In this document: piece after piece, positions 21,467-34,470 of the stretch
Layout of the letters: each line of letters begins with the position of its first letter
How positions within the stretch are numbered: the stretch's first letter is position 1
From: Trichosphaerium sp. ATCC 40318
Lineage: Eukaryota; Protista; Tubulinea
NCBI GenBank assembly: GCA_038496445.1
Contig: JALMLS010000328.1
Coordinates: 62,001-126,000 of the forward strand
DNA: 64,000 nucleotides
Reading direction: 5' to 3'
Made by a program: the position numbers and the translations under genes
The notes under the pieces: model-generated
Database searches by the model: none
Told to the model about the DNA's origin: nothing
What the model saw: the letters and a program-made list of their open reading frames with translations, nothing else

Positions 21467-23575
21467 TTACATTAAAACCCAAAATATCATAAGTGCTACG
21501 AAAGCTACTAGGATTGTTTTACGTGTAGATGGCGCGGGAGATTCACGTAGCTCTTCCAAGAACATGTCTACCATGCTAGGTATTCTATCTTGTACATTTG
21601 GAGGTAATCGAGGTGCAAAATTGAGGTAGTTATCTACGCGCGCATTGTACTGTGGTGGGAATGGTGGGTACAAGTTGAGAATAGGTGCTAGTGTAGGCGT
21701 TTGTTCAAGAGACCTAGAAAAGTTATCAGGTTAAAGTTTGCAGCTCTTTTGAAATACTGAGGCTTGTGGTTTTAACGCGCACCTCTTGGCCCAATCCCAT
21801 GGTAATTTACTACTACACCTTGTCAATTGAACACTTGTGAGGTTTGGTAAGTGTCCAAAAGCTAAGTAACGTGAGTATAAGGTTTAAAGGAAAAAATAAA
21901 AAGTCCACCTTTGCGGAATTTATCTATGCATTGATCTCTCGCTTTTGCATGACCACGCTTCTTTGATATTGCATTTCCTTTTATAACATCTCGTATTTTA
22001 TCAATAGTACGAACCCATATTGGTGTGAGACCAGTAATATTTGCGTGAGCAAAGGAAAATGCCAAATCCTAAAATATTCCAGAAAAAAAATGAGATAAAT
22101 CACAAAGTGAAGGTTCGGCTATTTTTTGTGTAAAAGTAAACGAACCTCACAATTCATAGTATCGTCAACGTGAGATAAAACTTCACGAGGAGTAACTTCA
22201 AAGTACTTTTTATGGAACTTTTTATGATAAAACGCAGCCTTCGTCAGTACCAAGCGATATCCAATAGAAAGCGCATGGCTATTATAATTGTCAGTTAAAA
22301 ATAAAAAAACGAAGAAGAAGGCAACTCTACAAAAAAGAAAGGGGCTCCCTCTTCTGATTTACGTACTGATTGGGGTTACCACTATGGTAATCTAAGTTAC
22401 CTTTTGCGTTCTTACAAGATGTGGCACGAGGAAAGAAACCGACCTAAACCGTCTTAACACCACAACAGCGAATCAACCAAAACGCCAAGCAAACATAAGC
22501 CAAAAACAACTAAAATCGAAAAGCATTAACGAAGTCGCACCATACGATCTTGATGTAGATCCCACGTCTTGAATGCAAACTCTAGGTCATCACACTTTAT
22601 AGTAACATCATCATCAATATTGAGAACACCTGAAGTCTTTATTTCGTCTTGAACTTTAAACTGATTGCTGAGAAGGTTCTTATCGAATTGTACAACACGG
22701 ACATCCTTGCCGTTAACCTGAAGCACACATTGGTTCAACACAAACCCCAAGCTGCAAATCGCTCTTCGTTTTGAAAAACTTAAAGGTACCTGTTTCATAT
22801 CACTTAAGAAATCATATGGCTTGTTTTCTGTGTCGCTCCATACGATAATATAATCTTGGACATTTGGACATTTCGTGTAGTGTTGAATTGACTTTTTAAG
22901 CAATTTAGGACGTCTGAATGTATTACAAACAATGCTGTGTGCGAGGTCAGTACAGACTGGTAAAAAAAATGTAAAGATACATACGTGTAGCGACCATTAA
23001 TAGAGGTGGAACGAGCTACTGTATGTTTATCGCATGGCAGGCTTTTTACTTTTATCTCATCATTATGCAATTGTAGATCACTATGTGCTAAGCATGATAG
23101 ATCGTGGTGTGCGTCACTGTGCGCGTAGTTATGTTGTTGCCTAACCTAAATACTTTTTCAAAAGCAGCACGATACATTTGACAAGAGAGCGAGAGAAAGT
23201 TAACAATACAGGTATCTTTTAAAGAATCGTTCAAGATTACTTTACGAGTAAACGTGACTACCACATAAAACAAAATCTCGTGCTAATCTTGTAAAATTTT
23301 ATACAACAAAAGTGGCACGACGCTTGTACTTGAAACGCTCAAAAAAAATAAAAAAACGTGTTTAAAGTTTTTAATTATTCTTTTGGCTTTTGTTAACATA
23401 CCTTGCCTTGCAGAGGCGCTATAGCGTTATTAACCAACGGGTTTGGCGCGCTGGTAGATGTTTTTGGTACGAACGAGAGCCCAGCCAGAAGAGCAACAAC
23501 GCCTGTGAGTAGTAGAGCTACTACAAACGCGTTGAAGCTACAAATGACCACATTTGTAACCTTTTCAAACCGCAT
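21467..23575 (-). CDS. Glycosyltransferase family 64 (EXTL2/EPC1-like)
   Basis: Signal anchor, IIVWSD, LSNQF, VLNIDDD, FAFKTW, MVGFFPR, LVLTKAAFYHK and MNCE|DLAFSF. Pro-rich tail with a C-terminal hydrophobic helix. Confidence 0.9.
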
Positions 23576-23794
23576 TGCCAGTATTCTGTCGAACTAGAAA
23601 CTAATTCACATATAAGCAGTGAACACTCATCTCTCAAGGCAGATGGTAAAAGCGACATCGTTTACACTAAAACACTGAGTCGGAAACAGTACATAGTACC
23701 GCTTGCTATTGCAAACAGCAACCCTCAAAAAGTTTTTTGTTACATTTCTTTGTCGAGACTTTGAGTGACTTCAAAGTAGCCGTTAAACCCACCA

Positions 23795-24653
23795 ATGGAC
23801 GACTGGATTGAAGAATTTCACTTGGTAAAAGGGCTGTGGAGTAAAGTGACATGTTTAAACCGCAGTTACATTGTTTGTTCTGAAAAAAGCGAAGATAACA
23901 ACTGGCTTGTAAAGTGCGCACTAATTGATGGAACCACCGAGCTTTGGGAGACTGAGCTGAACAAAGAAGCCGTTACAGAGTTGGTGCGACGCCATTCCGC
24001 TAAAAGCAACACGTTGTTCTTATAACTAGTAGAGGAACACTTCAGATATCTCTGAAGATACAAACAAGCAGTTCTTCGAACGCATCAAGTACGTTAAACC
24101 GTTTTCAACGCTACAGCCATATTTCCGTTTCGTAGTACACCGAACTAAGTCTCACGGTAAGGGAAGCACTGGAGAACGATGATGTCTTCATTTCAACGGA
24201 CGAATCTGGGAATGCTTGTGTTACAATATGGTGTAAACATGACGGAAGACAAGTCACGTATATAGTTTCATTGCCGAGGGTAGATTTTAATGCATCTGAG
24301 AGAGTTGTAGACATGCTCTTCTCCTTAGTTGATGCGACACGTAAAACTGCACAACCACTTCCTGCACAATCCTTAAAAGGACCGACTTTGTCCATGTATT
24401 CTCTAGGATTATCTCAAGGAACAGTACAAGCTCTTCCTCAGCACAGACATGGCCTTGGTACGCACATATTGACACAATTGATCAGTTTTTATGAGCGCTG
24501 TTTAATTTTTCATTATTAGACAAGAAATTGTTTTCTAGTGAGGTTTTAAATGCGAAGAAGCGCAAGGTGGCAAGACGCAAGGTAGGCCACAGCCTTGTGA
24601 ATCCAAGAGTGCGCAGACACAAACCAAAACGCGCAAAGATAGGCGCAAAGTGA
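23795..24653 (+). CDS. PAXX: PAXX-like NHEJ factor (XRCC4-like head, C-terminal Ku-binding motif)
   Basis: About 200 aa over 4 exons. The C-terminus RRKVGHSLVNPRVRRHKPK matches the PAXX RRRxPGESLINPGFKxKKP motif. Confidence 0.65.
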
Positions 24654-25092
24654 TTAACGTTACCTGGTGCGGAAATCATTCGGCCTAAACAACTGTAAAA
24701 TAAAGTGTAAAACAAGAAAAACAACCCATTAACTCCCGTTGTGTTTAAATGACGAGTCTCTTATCTACTGCGGCGTTTTGCGTTGTGGTACATTATTTAG
24801 TATTCTGTTCATGCTTGCTTATGCCGTTTTTTTTTGCTCTGAACACACAAATTCATCTATTTGATTGTACGGCGCTGTCCGCGTGTGTTTTGAACGTTTA
24901 ATACAAGCTCGTAAGAAAATAGATGACTTTGTTCAAACACTGGCAGTTACTGTTATGCACTGCAAGGGTACCGACTTTTAGCGATTGAGTTGTACCTAGC
25001 CAATTTATATCACACTCTCTGGATTGAGCATTTAGCACCAACCAGAAGTTAACCAAAAGGACCACCCCCTTCAACGTGGAGTAGTCACCTGC

Positions 25093-28000
25093 ATGAATAA
25101 AGACGAATCAACGGAAAATATGGAAGCTTCATCAACGAGCCCTACCACTTCCGAGGACCAAGATGGGAGTAGTATTGCTACCGTACGGTTTGGCTCACAA
25201 CGCACTCCAAATTATCTTGCGTTTTTAGTGCCACTACTAATTTGACTCGTTTGGCGTGCTCGCACTCAGTATTATATTATAGGCACGATTTAAGGCAGTA
25301 TCTGATCTATTGCAACAATTAGCCACCGAAACCGATACAGACCAAATATTTAAATGCTTAACAGAGCTACGTTGCTATTCAAAGGGAGATAGTACGCGAA
25401 AATCAAATTGATGGCTTCAGTTGCCTTTTTTTTTTTTCGCTGTTGCCATTGTTGGTAAATTTTGCCCTTCAAAGAGTGGCCTTTACTCCGCAACGCGTTA
25501 AATTAAAATATTTTTGGGTCTAAACCTGGCTTGTTTTTTTTGAAGTTGAATCTTTATGCTTTTTTATCTTTTATTGCTGGTTCAGTGGCTTATTGGACTA
25601 GGCGATTGCAAACTCATTATTGGTGGCTCAATGGCGCACATACTAAGATTACTTGTATTCAACAATAGAGAGATCAGAAAAGCGGGCGCAAAATTATTGC
25701 GTAGCGTCTCTGTCATAGGCACGTATTCACACCGCACTTATTTCTGCCATCAATCGTGTTTGATTTTTTTTTTACCCATTTTTTTATTTCTTGCCGTACT
25801 CGCCGTGATATTGCGCTATGGAACAAACTTCGCGAGAGCACGCTTGTGACATTGTTTAAATCGTCTCGGGCTTGTTTCAGAGATAATTGTAGATATTTTT
25901 TGATACACTCTTTTGTGAAACTTTTCGGCCACTATAACGACTAACGCGTTATATAGATGATAACATCAACAGACTTTCCTCCCTCAAAGATATTGTACCC
26001 AGATTGCTTCATATGCTTGCTAGAGAGGACGAAGATATTGATACTAGGATAGATGTATGCGCTATAATATGGAATCTATCTTCACAAGGTAATAATCGAT
26101 TTTTTTTGATTGTTCCTTTCCTTTCCCTTGACGTGGCGTCGTTACTTGCCTTTTATAAATACTGTTACTCTTTGTTTGTCATTTTCCTTTAACTAATATT
26201 CTTTTAATTTGCCCATAAAGCCCCGCGTTTTCTCCACTTGTTGTGTACTATTTATTAATTTCTTTTTGTGTTTAGTGTCAAACAAAGTTAAAATCTTGGA
26301 TAATACGGGCATTCCGTTGTTTGTAAACTGCTTACAGTCAGACAATGTTAATCTACAGTGGGAAGCTATTGGTGTCATTAAAAATCTGTCTTGTAGTGGT
26401 ACGTAATGATAATGTTTATTGAATTCTTTGTGAGCAGGAGAATTATTGTGAACGTCTTTGGGTTTTTTTGTAAATTTATTTTGATTTCTTTTCGCTTAAA
26501 TATCTATTTAGAGGATCTACTAGACCGTATAGAAGAAGGTCAAGTTATAGAGGCAATTCTAGAATTACTTAAAGACGCTGACAAGCTTGATGCAACCCTT
26601 GTTATCGCGTTATGCTCTACTTTATGGAATCTTTCAGTTTCTGGTACGTTAACATCATGCCGTTTTTTTTTCGTCTTTTAAGTGACATTTTCTTGTTTAA
26701 TGTATTTTAACGCTGTTTTTTTGTAGATATGAATAAAGTCCGTATTGTGAAGAGTGGCGGTTTGACTATTCTTACAAAACTGATGCATAGTAAGGAGCCA
26801 GCTCTACAACGTGAGGTTGTAGGTGTTCTAAAGAATCTTACGTTGCTTGGTAAGTCAAAAACAAAGAAATAATGATTGTTCTCGCTTTGTAGTGTATTGT
26901 TGGAAGTTTCTAATGTATTTTCACCTTTAGCCGCAAAGGGTCATGACCCAGGATCAGTTTTGATGGAAAGCGAGTCTGGTGGTGTTCTTATTAACAAACT
27001 TATAACCTTACTTGATCCTGAACATGCTCCTGCTACTCGTGCACTGTCAGCCGCTGTATTAGCTAATTTAGCTAATTCTCCAAACAACAACAAATATTTA
27101 CGTGCGTTCTTCAAAGATACACGCTGTGTACCCTTTTTTTTGTTCTTTGGTTGGTTTGTTAATCGCTTTTCTTTAGCTGCAAGTAATTTGGAGCAAGTCA
27201 AAAAGAATGGAGATGTAGAACGTGCTAAAGCAGTCTTGCGGAATTCTGTACTTACTACTGATGACAGAAATTCTCCTAGAAATAGCCCTGATGCTACTAA
27301 ACAGTACGTTCTTGGTTTTGTTCTATTTCTTTTATCATTTGTACATTTTGTTGTTGTTACTGATTTTGTTCTGTAGAGCGCCAAAGAGAGTTATTGATGT
27401 CAAGGAGGAATCTGTTGATCACAAAAAGTACAGACATAAATTACTGTTAGGAATGTTCTTTACTCATTTTTTTTTTTGAATCTCTAGGCGAAGAAAGCCA
27501 ACCAAAAAATCACATAGCAAGCAGTACGTGATTTAGTGAAAGAAAAAAGTTGTTCTATACAAAATACTCATTTATTCTTGTTTAGTGAATCAGAATCATC
27601 TGGTTCATCAGAGGATATTGCGGATACCTTGAAACAAAAACTGGGTGATGAAGATAGAATTAATTGGAAAGATATCACAATAGTGAAGAAAATTGGTTCG
27701 TAGTGTTAACAAGCTTTTGAGCTGTTTTTTTTTTGTAAAGAATTGATGCTTTCTCTTTTATTTACACCATAATTTTTAGGAAAGGGTCAGTATGGTGAAG
27801 TTTGGCTTGCATCTTACCACGAGTTTCCTGTGGCGTGTAAAATTATCAAAAAGGAACTACAAGAGGAAGAACTTGTTGAAACACTAGAAGAGCTTTCTTT
27901 GATGAAGTAAGACTTTAGCTGCATTTGTTTCTGTTAATTGATTTCTTGTACAGGCGTTTGAAGCATCCAAATGTTGTAATGCTTATGGGTGCTTGTCTTG

Positions 28001-29845
28001 ATGAAAAGAACAGACTTTGCATTATTACTGAGCTAGCCACAAGAGGTGATTTGAAAAAGATCTTAACGTATGTCCTTGGATTTGTTGCTTTTTTTTTGTG
28101 ATCTCCTGCTGATACGTTCTTTTTTTATGATAGTGAAGCTCCACCTCCACTTTATAAGCGTTTGGAAATTGGAAGAGGTATTGCTTCAGGTCTTGCCTGG
28201 CTCCATGCCCATAATATCGTCCATCGTGATCTAAAGGTGAGTTGAATTACGCAGAGTTCATTAGTCTTGACAAAACTGTTTCAGATGGCGAATTTGCTAG
28301 TATCTGAGGACTGGACGGTTAAAATTTCTGATTTTGGCTTGTCTCTTCGTCTAACACCTGGAGCTGTTGTAACCGGATTTGGTGGTAATTTAAAATACTC
28401 TGCACCTGAAATTTTGAGGTACTTGGCTGGTGATTATTCACTTTCTATGGCGCTTTTTTTTCCCACGCAGACAACTGACAGTTCGATTTAGGGCGCGTGA
28501 GTCTGATGGTACAATGGTATATCCGTACTCAGAAAAGAGTGATATATACTCGTACTCCCTATTGCTTTGGGAGTTAGTTGCAGGCACTCCGGTATTCCCT
28601 AGAGAGCTCAGGTTCGTTTTTTTTTCTCCTGTTCTAAAATTACCGTTACTAACTTTTTTCGCTTTATAGGGATCCACCTAATACACCAATACAAGATTGG
28701 GTACTTACTGGCCATCGGCCGCCACTACAAAATGATTGGCCAGATTCTTTGAAGGCACTGTTTAAAGCTATGGTACATGACAGTCGCTATTTTTTTTGGA
28801 TTATTCTTTTGAGAGCTAACTGTATTTACTTTCCCAGTGGTCCGATAATATACGAAACCGACCAAAGTTCAACAATATCCTCAAAGACTATGATACATTA
28901 ATGATAGATGTGTTATGCACTGACCCATTCGCTAAACGTGTTGCTGAAGCGGTAAGTCTAGTCAATATTAAAATGACGACCTTATTGTCGCTTGTATTGA
29001 TGTTGTTTTATAGGTTTGGACAGGAAAGAGGCTTTCTGAGAATGTTCCATTCCACTACTTGTTAGGCATGATAAAGGTATGTATTCATCACGAGCTTGTA
29101 TGCTGTGTGACGTCAAGCGTTGTTTGGCTTGTTTTGTAGACTCACCTTTCGTTGATTGTTTTTTTTAGACTTCGGCTGGACCTTTGTGGCATGTTAAAAA
29201 GCGAGATGTTAAGTCTCTCAATGCTGTTTTATGTAATACCTTTGATGATACAGTTTCTTTTGAACGGTTCTGCTATGTTATGGCCTGGTTTGCTCCAGTT
29301 AACCCTATAACAGATTTCTTCAAACGCGTAAGCGACTCTTTGTCTACTCTACGTTTAGAAAGTATCTAACCTTGTTTAGTTAACGTCTATGGTCGCCAAG
29401 GAGTCGTTCCATGGGTTTTATAGTGAGGAAAAGGCAGAAGCAAGAGTAAAGCAGCTGTGGGAGTCAACCAGTTTCAAGAGGTGCGAGACACTCCACATTT
29501 CGCTTTTTCTGATATTTTGTAGAGCAACTTACGTATACCGTTTTGGCACCGAACTTGGTGGTTTCGTACTTACGTACATCTCACGAAACGGAGATGTTCG
29601 TCATATAAGGTACAACTATTTTCCGTCGCTTTGCATTGTTTTTCCACCACGGAGACGCGTACAAGCGGTTATCTGACTTTTTTTGTAGATTCGTAAATCA
29701 TAGAGGCAAATATATTGTAAAGGACTTAGATGCTGCATCAGACCTAGAGTTCGATTCTATAACGTCTTTGAGCAAATGGTTTAAGAGTAACTTGAAGTTG
29801 AAGAGACGACTACCTGATAGTCCTTTCATAAGTCTTACGCACTAA
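25093..29845 (+). CDS. Armadillo repeats + TKL kinase + EF-like linker + SH2 domain (Shk-like)
   Basis: ARM repeats (IWNLS, IKNLS, LWNLS). Kinase motifs GKGQYGEV, VACK, HRDLK, DFGLS, YSAPE, DIYSYS. SH2-like FHGFYSEEKAE..YVYRFG..FVLTY. Confidence 0.9.
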
Positions 29846-30984
29846 ATATATGTGTTTGATTGCAATAAGACTGTATACCCACTAAACGAAGAAGAAAGGG
29901 AACAAAAAGGGAAGAGAAGAAGCGGGGTGTAAATGTACATGTCCAACCACAAAAAAAAAAGAGGTCACTCCTTCTTCTTCTCTTCGTAACTTTTTTTCCT
30001 TTTTTTTTTTGTTCACATTTTCGAAAAAAAAAAAAGAATGAAAATAACAACAATAACCTGTGCTTGTACACAAAATATATGCTTTGGTAATTCTATACAA
30101 TATTACTTCGTGTTGTATTCCTTGTTTATTGATGTGTGGGTTGATGGTAGTACAAAGTAGAAGAAGTGTAGGAATGAAGATTGCACAAAAGTTGAAAATC
30201 ACAGCCTGTTTTGCCTTTTAGAGCATTGCTTAGAAACATGGCCTCAGGAGTGATATTGTGCGGACAAATGTCCGGTGGCGGTGTTAACTATTGGAATTTT
30301 TAGTGGATTCCTTCGTGTGATATGTTCATCTTAGTAAGCATCAACAAAACTTTGCCGTTCTCAAACTGTAAGGCTAACAAAGCGATACACTTATCAGGCG
30401 CTGTGAGCGAGCGGGGAACATATTTCTTAGTCCTTGAAAAGAACAATCTCAAAAAAAAATATCACGTGACCAAATTATCAAAAAAAAAATGACGGCTATT
30501 TACGTTTTTAGATAAATAGCTTCTTTGTAGTTTACGTCTACTACTACAATATAACCGAATTGAGGTTAGGCTAATTGGTAATTGAGGTTACAACATTCTA
30601 ATAATATTACATGACTGTCCTTGTCATCTTCGGACGCAACGATACATCACCCCGCGTTGCTCCTGACGCGTGTTCCACAACTTCCGCCTTCGAAAATTTT
30701 CAGGTTGGTTCACCAACATTTCATTAAATAGCTCCGTCACGCCTCCATGATACCCACGTGATCAATATAAACTAAAAACGGCGGGATTATACCTACGGAA
30801 CTACAACTGCGCAAACTTCTACTGCAATCCTTCATAACACTATTTTCTTATTGCGGTTTATTGATTTACACGTTGTTCCACATCACATTAGTATTTCTCT
30901 TAACTGCAGAGATCTTTTTTTTGGAGTTTGTGCACAAATTCTTTAAATATCACCGACTCAGCACCTTCTAGTCACTTTATAATA

Positions 30985-31893
30985 ATGTCGTCTATACAAG
31001 CATACACACCTAGATCATTGAAGAGTGCTTTTAGACGCAAAAGAGAAAAACAACCCTCAAACACCAACCAATACGAGAAGATGGACCCAACTAAGAGACG
31101 ATCAAAACCTATAACAGCGCATTATTCTACTGGACTACAATTTTCAAAGCAAGACGAAGAGGCCGAAAAACAGCGAACTTTACGGGTTTTAAAAATCCAA
31201 AGTTCAGTTAAAAATAAATACGTTATGGACGTAAAATCGCTTAAATCGAAGCTAAATGGATTCAGTATTATAAAAAACAGACCTGTAGCATCAATAGAAG
31301 AACTTGGACAACGTCAGAAGCTTGATCAACGCGATATAGCTTATATCTGTAAGAGCGTTACAAAAGGTATCAAAGCTCTCCGAAATAAGAATATAGTACA
31401 CCGTAACATAAAAGGAGAATCAATCAAAGTCATGGGAAACGGTAGAGTGAAGATTGGTGACTTCGGAAAGGCGACTTTCAAGAAAAATCTTGCGCAAGAC
31501 GGGAAGCGATTTATCGGTACTTTTGGATATGTTGACCCTGCTGGGGAGATTCTATACACTGTAAAGATGGATACCTACGCTATAGGAACTCTAGCGATGG
31601 AGTTAGCGCTTGGTAGAAGAGAACCTCCTCAGCCGACTTGCGACTCTTTCGCGTATTATCCGGATGACTGGAACTTAAGCAAGAAGCGAAGAAATGATCT
31701 CGTTTTATTACTTAAACAAGATATGAATGTTTTCGGATTTCTTTTGGATTTTGTTGAGTGTTGCTCTCAGACTAATGTATCGACGAAGGAGATATTGAAA
31801 CATCCTTTTATAAAGCTTGCGCATAGATCCAAAAAAGACTTTTTGTGGAACGTCATGGTGAACAGAGACGATAAATTTGTTAAACAGAAATAA
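30985..31893 (+). CDS. Intronless STE20-like pseudokinase
   Basis: HRNIKGES (catalytic D replaced by N), VKIGDFG, GTFGYVDP, LKHPFI. No Gly-rich loop. Confidence 0.8.
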   Translation: MSSIQAYTPRSLKSAFRRKREKQPSNTNQYEKMDPTKRRSKPITAHYSTGLQFSKQDEEAEKQRTLRVLKIQSSVKNKYVMDVKSLKSKLNGFSIIKNRPVASIEELGQRQKLDQRDIAYICKSVTKGIKALRNKNIVHRNIKGESIKVMGNGRVKIGDFGKATFKKNLAQDGKRFIGTFGYVDPAGEILYTVKMDTYAIGTLAMELALGRREPPQPTCDSFAYYPDDWNLSKKRRNDLVLLLKQDMNVFGFLLDFVECCSQTNVSTKEILKHPFIKLAHRSKKDFLWNVMVNRDDKFVKQK

Positions 31894-32452
31894 GAAAAAA
31901 AAGGGAAAAAAATACTTCTTCTTTGTAAATAAAACGTGTATTATATTGTCCACAAGGTCTTGTTTCGTTTTTTATTTACAAAGCAACATTCAAGTATGTG
32001 CGTGTAGTGTTGTTAGAATTTGTGTAGTCGTGTTGTTCAGGCGAACTTCATACTAAAACTCTATTGAAAAACATTGCTTTTACTACCAGTACTTTTCCTC
32101 ATTACAGCAAAAAACCACTAATTATTTGGTACAGCTAAACGTATACCATCATAACTACATTTACTAGCGATTAAAAAGTGAAACGCTACTGGGCGAGTAA
32201 AAACGCCTCAAAGATTCCCGATTTCCTTTCAAAAATCACCTTTTTCGCCAATATTTGGAACTCAAGGCAATGCTGGCCTGTTAAAACTCACCTCCACAAC
32301 ATATTTATAACAGATACAAATGAGAATCATCTTGAAAGTTTGTTTAAGCAATTATATTGCCTATTTAGGAAAGCTATATCCTTTTTCGGTATTGCTTTCT
32401 CCAAAACACCCAAACTCAACAACGTAGCCTGAAAAACAAATACAAAAGTAAT

Positions 32453-32890
32453 ATGAAGCCCATAGTCATATTTTCTCTGCTATTACTGTCCACTACGGCT
32501 GCATACGGACTAAATCCTGTTCGACGAGCACTACATGGTGCTAAAGCAATGTATGGACTAACAAGACGAACAGCTTTGCTACAATTCTATAGACTGCCCT
32601 ATGATGGTATTAACGCGTACAAAGGGATAGCGTTTTGTCCTCCTGTAAGCTCTTTAACGATGATAGACCCAAGGACTACATTTGAGTCTCTTCATATAAA
32701 GCGCCACACAATACTTAAAGGATTCTATTGTACATACAATGTCTTCCGACGCGGAAAAGTAGAGTACTTTTACCATTATCTAAGAATCATTCCAAGCCGC
32801 GTTAGAAGAGTTAGAACATCTGGTGTTTTGAATGATATTTGCTTCAGTAAAGAAACCTGTCATGTAGAGGTGTACCAAGTTGATCCATAG
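32453..32890 (+). CDS. Small secreted basic protein of unknown function
   Basis: 145-aa ORF with a clear signal peptide and four Cys. Confidence 0.65.
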   Translation: MKPIVIFSLLLLSTTAAYGLNPVRRALHGAKAMYGLTRRTALLQFYRLPYDGINAYKGIAFCPPVSSLTMIDPRTTFESLHIKRHTILKGFYCTYNVFRRGKVEYFYHYLRIIPSRVRRVRTSGVLNDICFSKETCHVEVYQVDP

Positions 32891-33226
32891 AAATAAAAAA
32901 ATTGTCAATTTGGTATTCAAAGACAAGTTCTTTCGTTGTTTGACATGAAATACTGTTTTGTGTTGCCATGTCACGCTTACGCGCCCTAAAAACATGCTAA
33001 AAGTATTCTTGGATAGCTTGTTAAACTACATTTACAGAAACTCACATAGTGATTGAGTATTCTACTTGACTCTGTTTGTTGCTCGAGTTTTTCGTCCAAT
33101 AGCTTTACTTTGTCTCTACTAATCATCTTTGATTGTATGTTTTTTCGCGGCCACTTCTGAGAAGTATAAACCGTCAATATCAGGTCGTATGATTTTGATT
33201 TCGTTTTAGATTGATAAGCGGAAATA

Positions 33227-34470
33227 AACAAAAAAGTTTACTGACAGATTATTTGTTCATTGAAGAACAGTACAAGCCACGATCAAAGGCTCATACAATA
33301 ATCTTTCAGGTGTTATTTTCAGCTCCCAAGGCCGACAGCAGGCGCTCCCACCGGATGGTTAACCACTCCCAACTCCTTGAAATCGTAGACAACAGTTTTC
33401 GCTTTTGAGTGTCTCATTTCTTGCTCAAAAAAAAAAGTGGTTTGTGGAGATACGTTTATATGATCATTGCATACAATATAACGTGATTTAGAACTGTTTT
33501 GCAATAACTGTGGTTCCATTATTCAATCAACCCAAGTTTTCGAAAACTCATCCATTTTTACTGTGCTTTCTTTCAATCATAAAAATGACACATTTTTTTG
33601 TTGGATTTCGGCAGACGTGTTCCTCTTACGATATCGTGTAAAAATGTAATTTTTTTGAATTTCGTTAAAATTAAAGTACGCGTATTTAGTAAAGGCAAAT
33701 ACAACCTCAAGCACTTTTAGACTGTATATGATTTATTGCTGAATCTAATTATAACTTACAACTCCTCCTACCAGCACCAACACAGTGTCAATATCTGTTT
33801 GGGAACAGGGAAGCATAAACGGCAGTTGCAAGGATGCATCATGCGTTTATTTGAATGCAAATGTTTGAGCATCTTAACATAAGTGTAAGATATGTTGTCA
33901 ACTTAGCGAGGGGTAGTGGCTGTACCTTCTTTTGGCAAAGAATTAAAATATCGTATGGCACCATTAATATTATCAGTTTCATAATAAGGTGCATTCAAAA
34001 ACCTTGAAGCAGTTTTCGCAGCTTGGTTTAAATACTCTTCACCATCAACAATCATTCTCATCCTTAAACCTACCACAAGCAAACATGGTATATTACCCAA
34101 TGCTTCTGCATCATTTAAAGCATATTCAAGAGATTCTTGTTCATCAAGAATCGAAACCAGGATGTAACCATCCGGCATTGCAAGAGTTTGAATAGGACCA
34201 TTGTTTTCGTTTATTTGTTTTACTATTGATGCAATACGGAGAGAGTGGTTTGAATTGTAACCCTTTAATAGACTAGCACTTTGTATTATACTATTGAAGG
34301 TATGTATAAGCATATTGAGTGTATATTCGTTATCTATCGCAGGTGACGTTGATGAGAATAGAATTGATGTTAAAAACAGAAAATGTGCGAGTTTTCCATT
34401 TGTCTATATTTAGTCAATGGTGACGTAATGACTTCGTGGCTTTTCTATCTTCCCCTTTCCCTTCCCCAAA
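33227..34470 (-). repeat. Inverted copy 2 of the 18195-19430 duplication (includes Ras-like ORF 33903-34313)
   Basis: Direct sequence comparison with copy 1. Confidence 0.95.
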
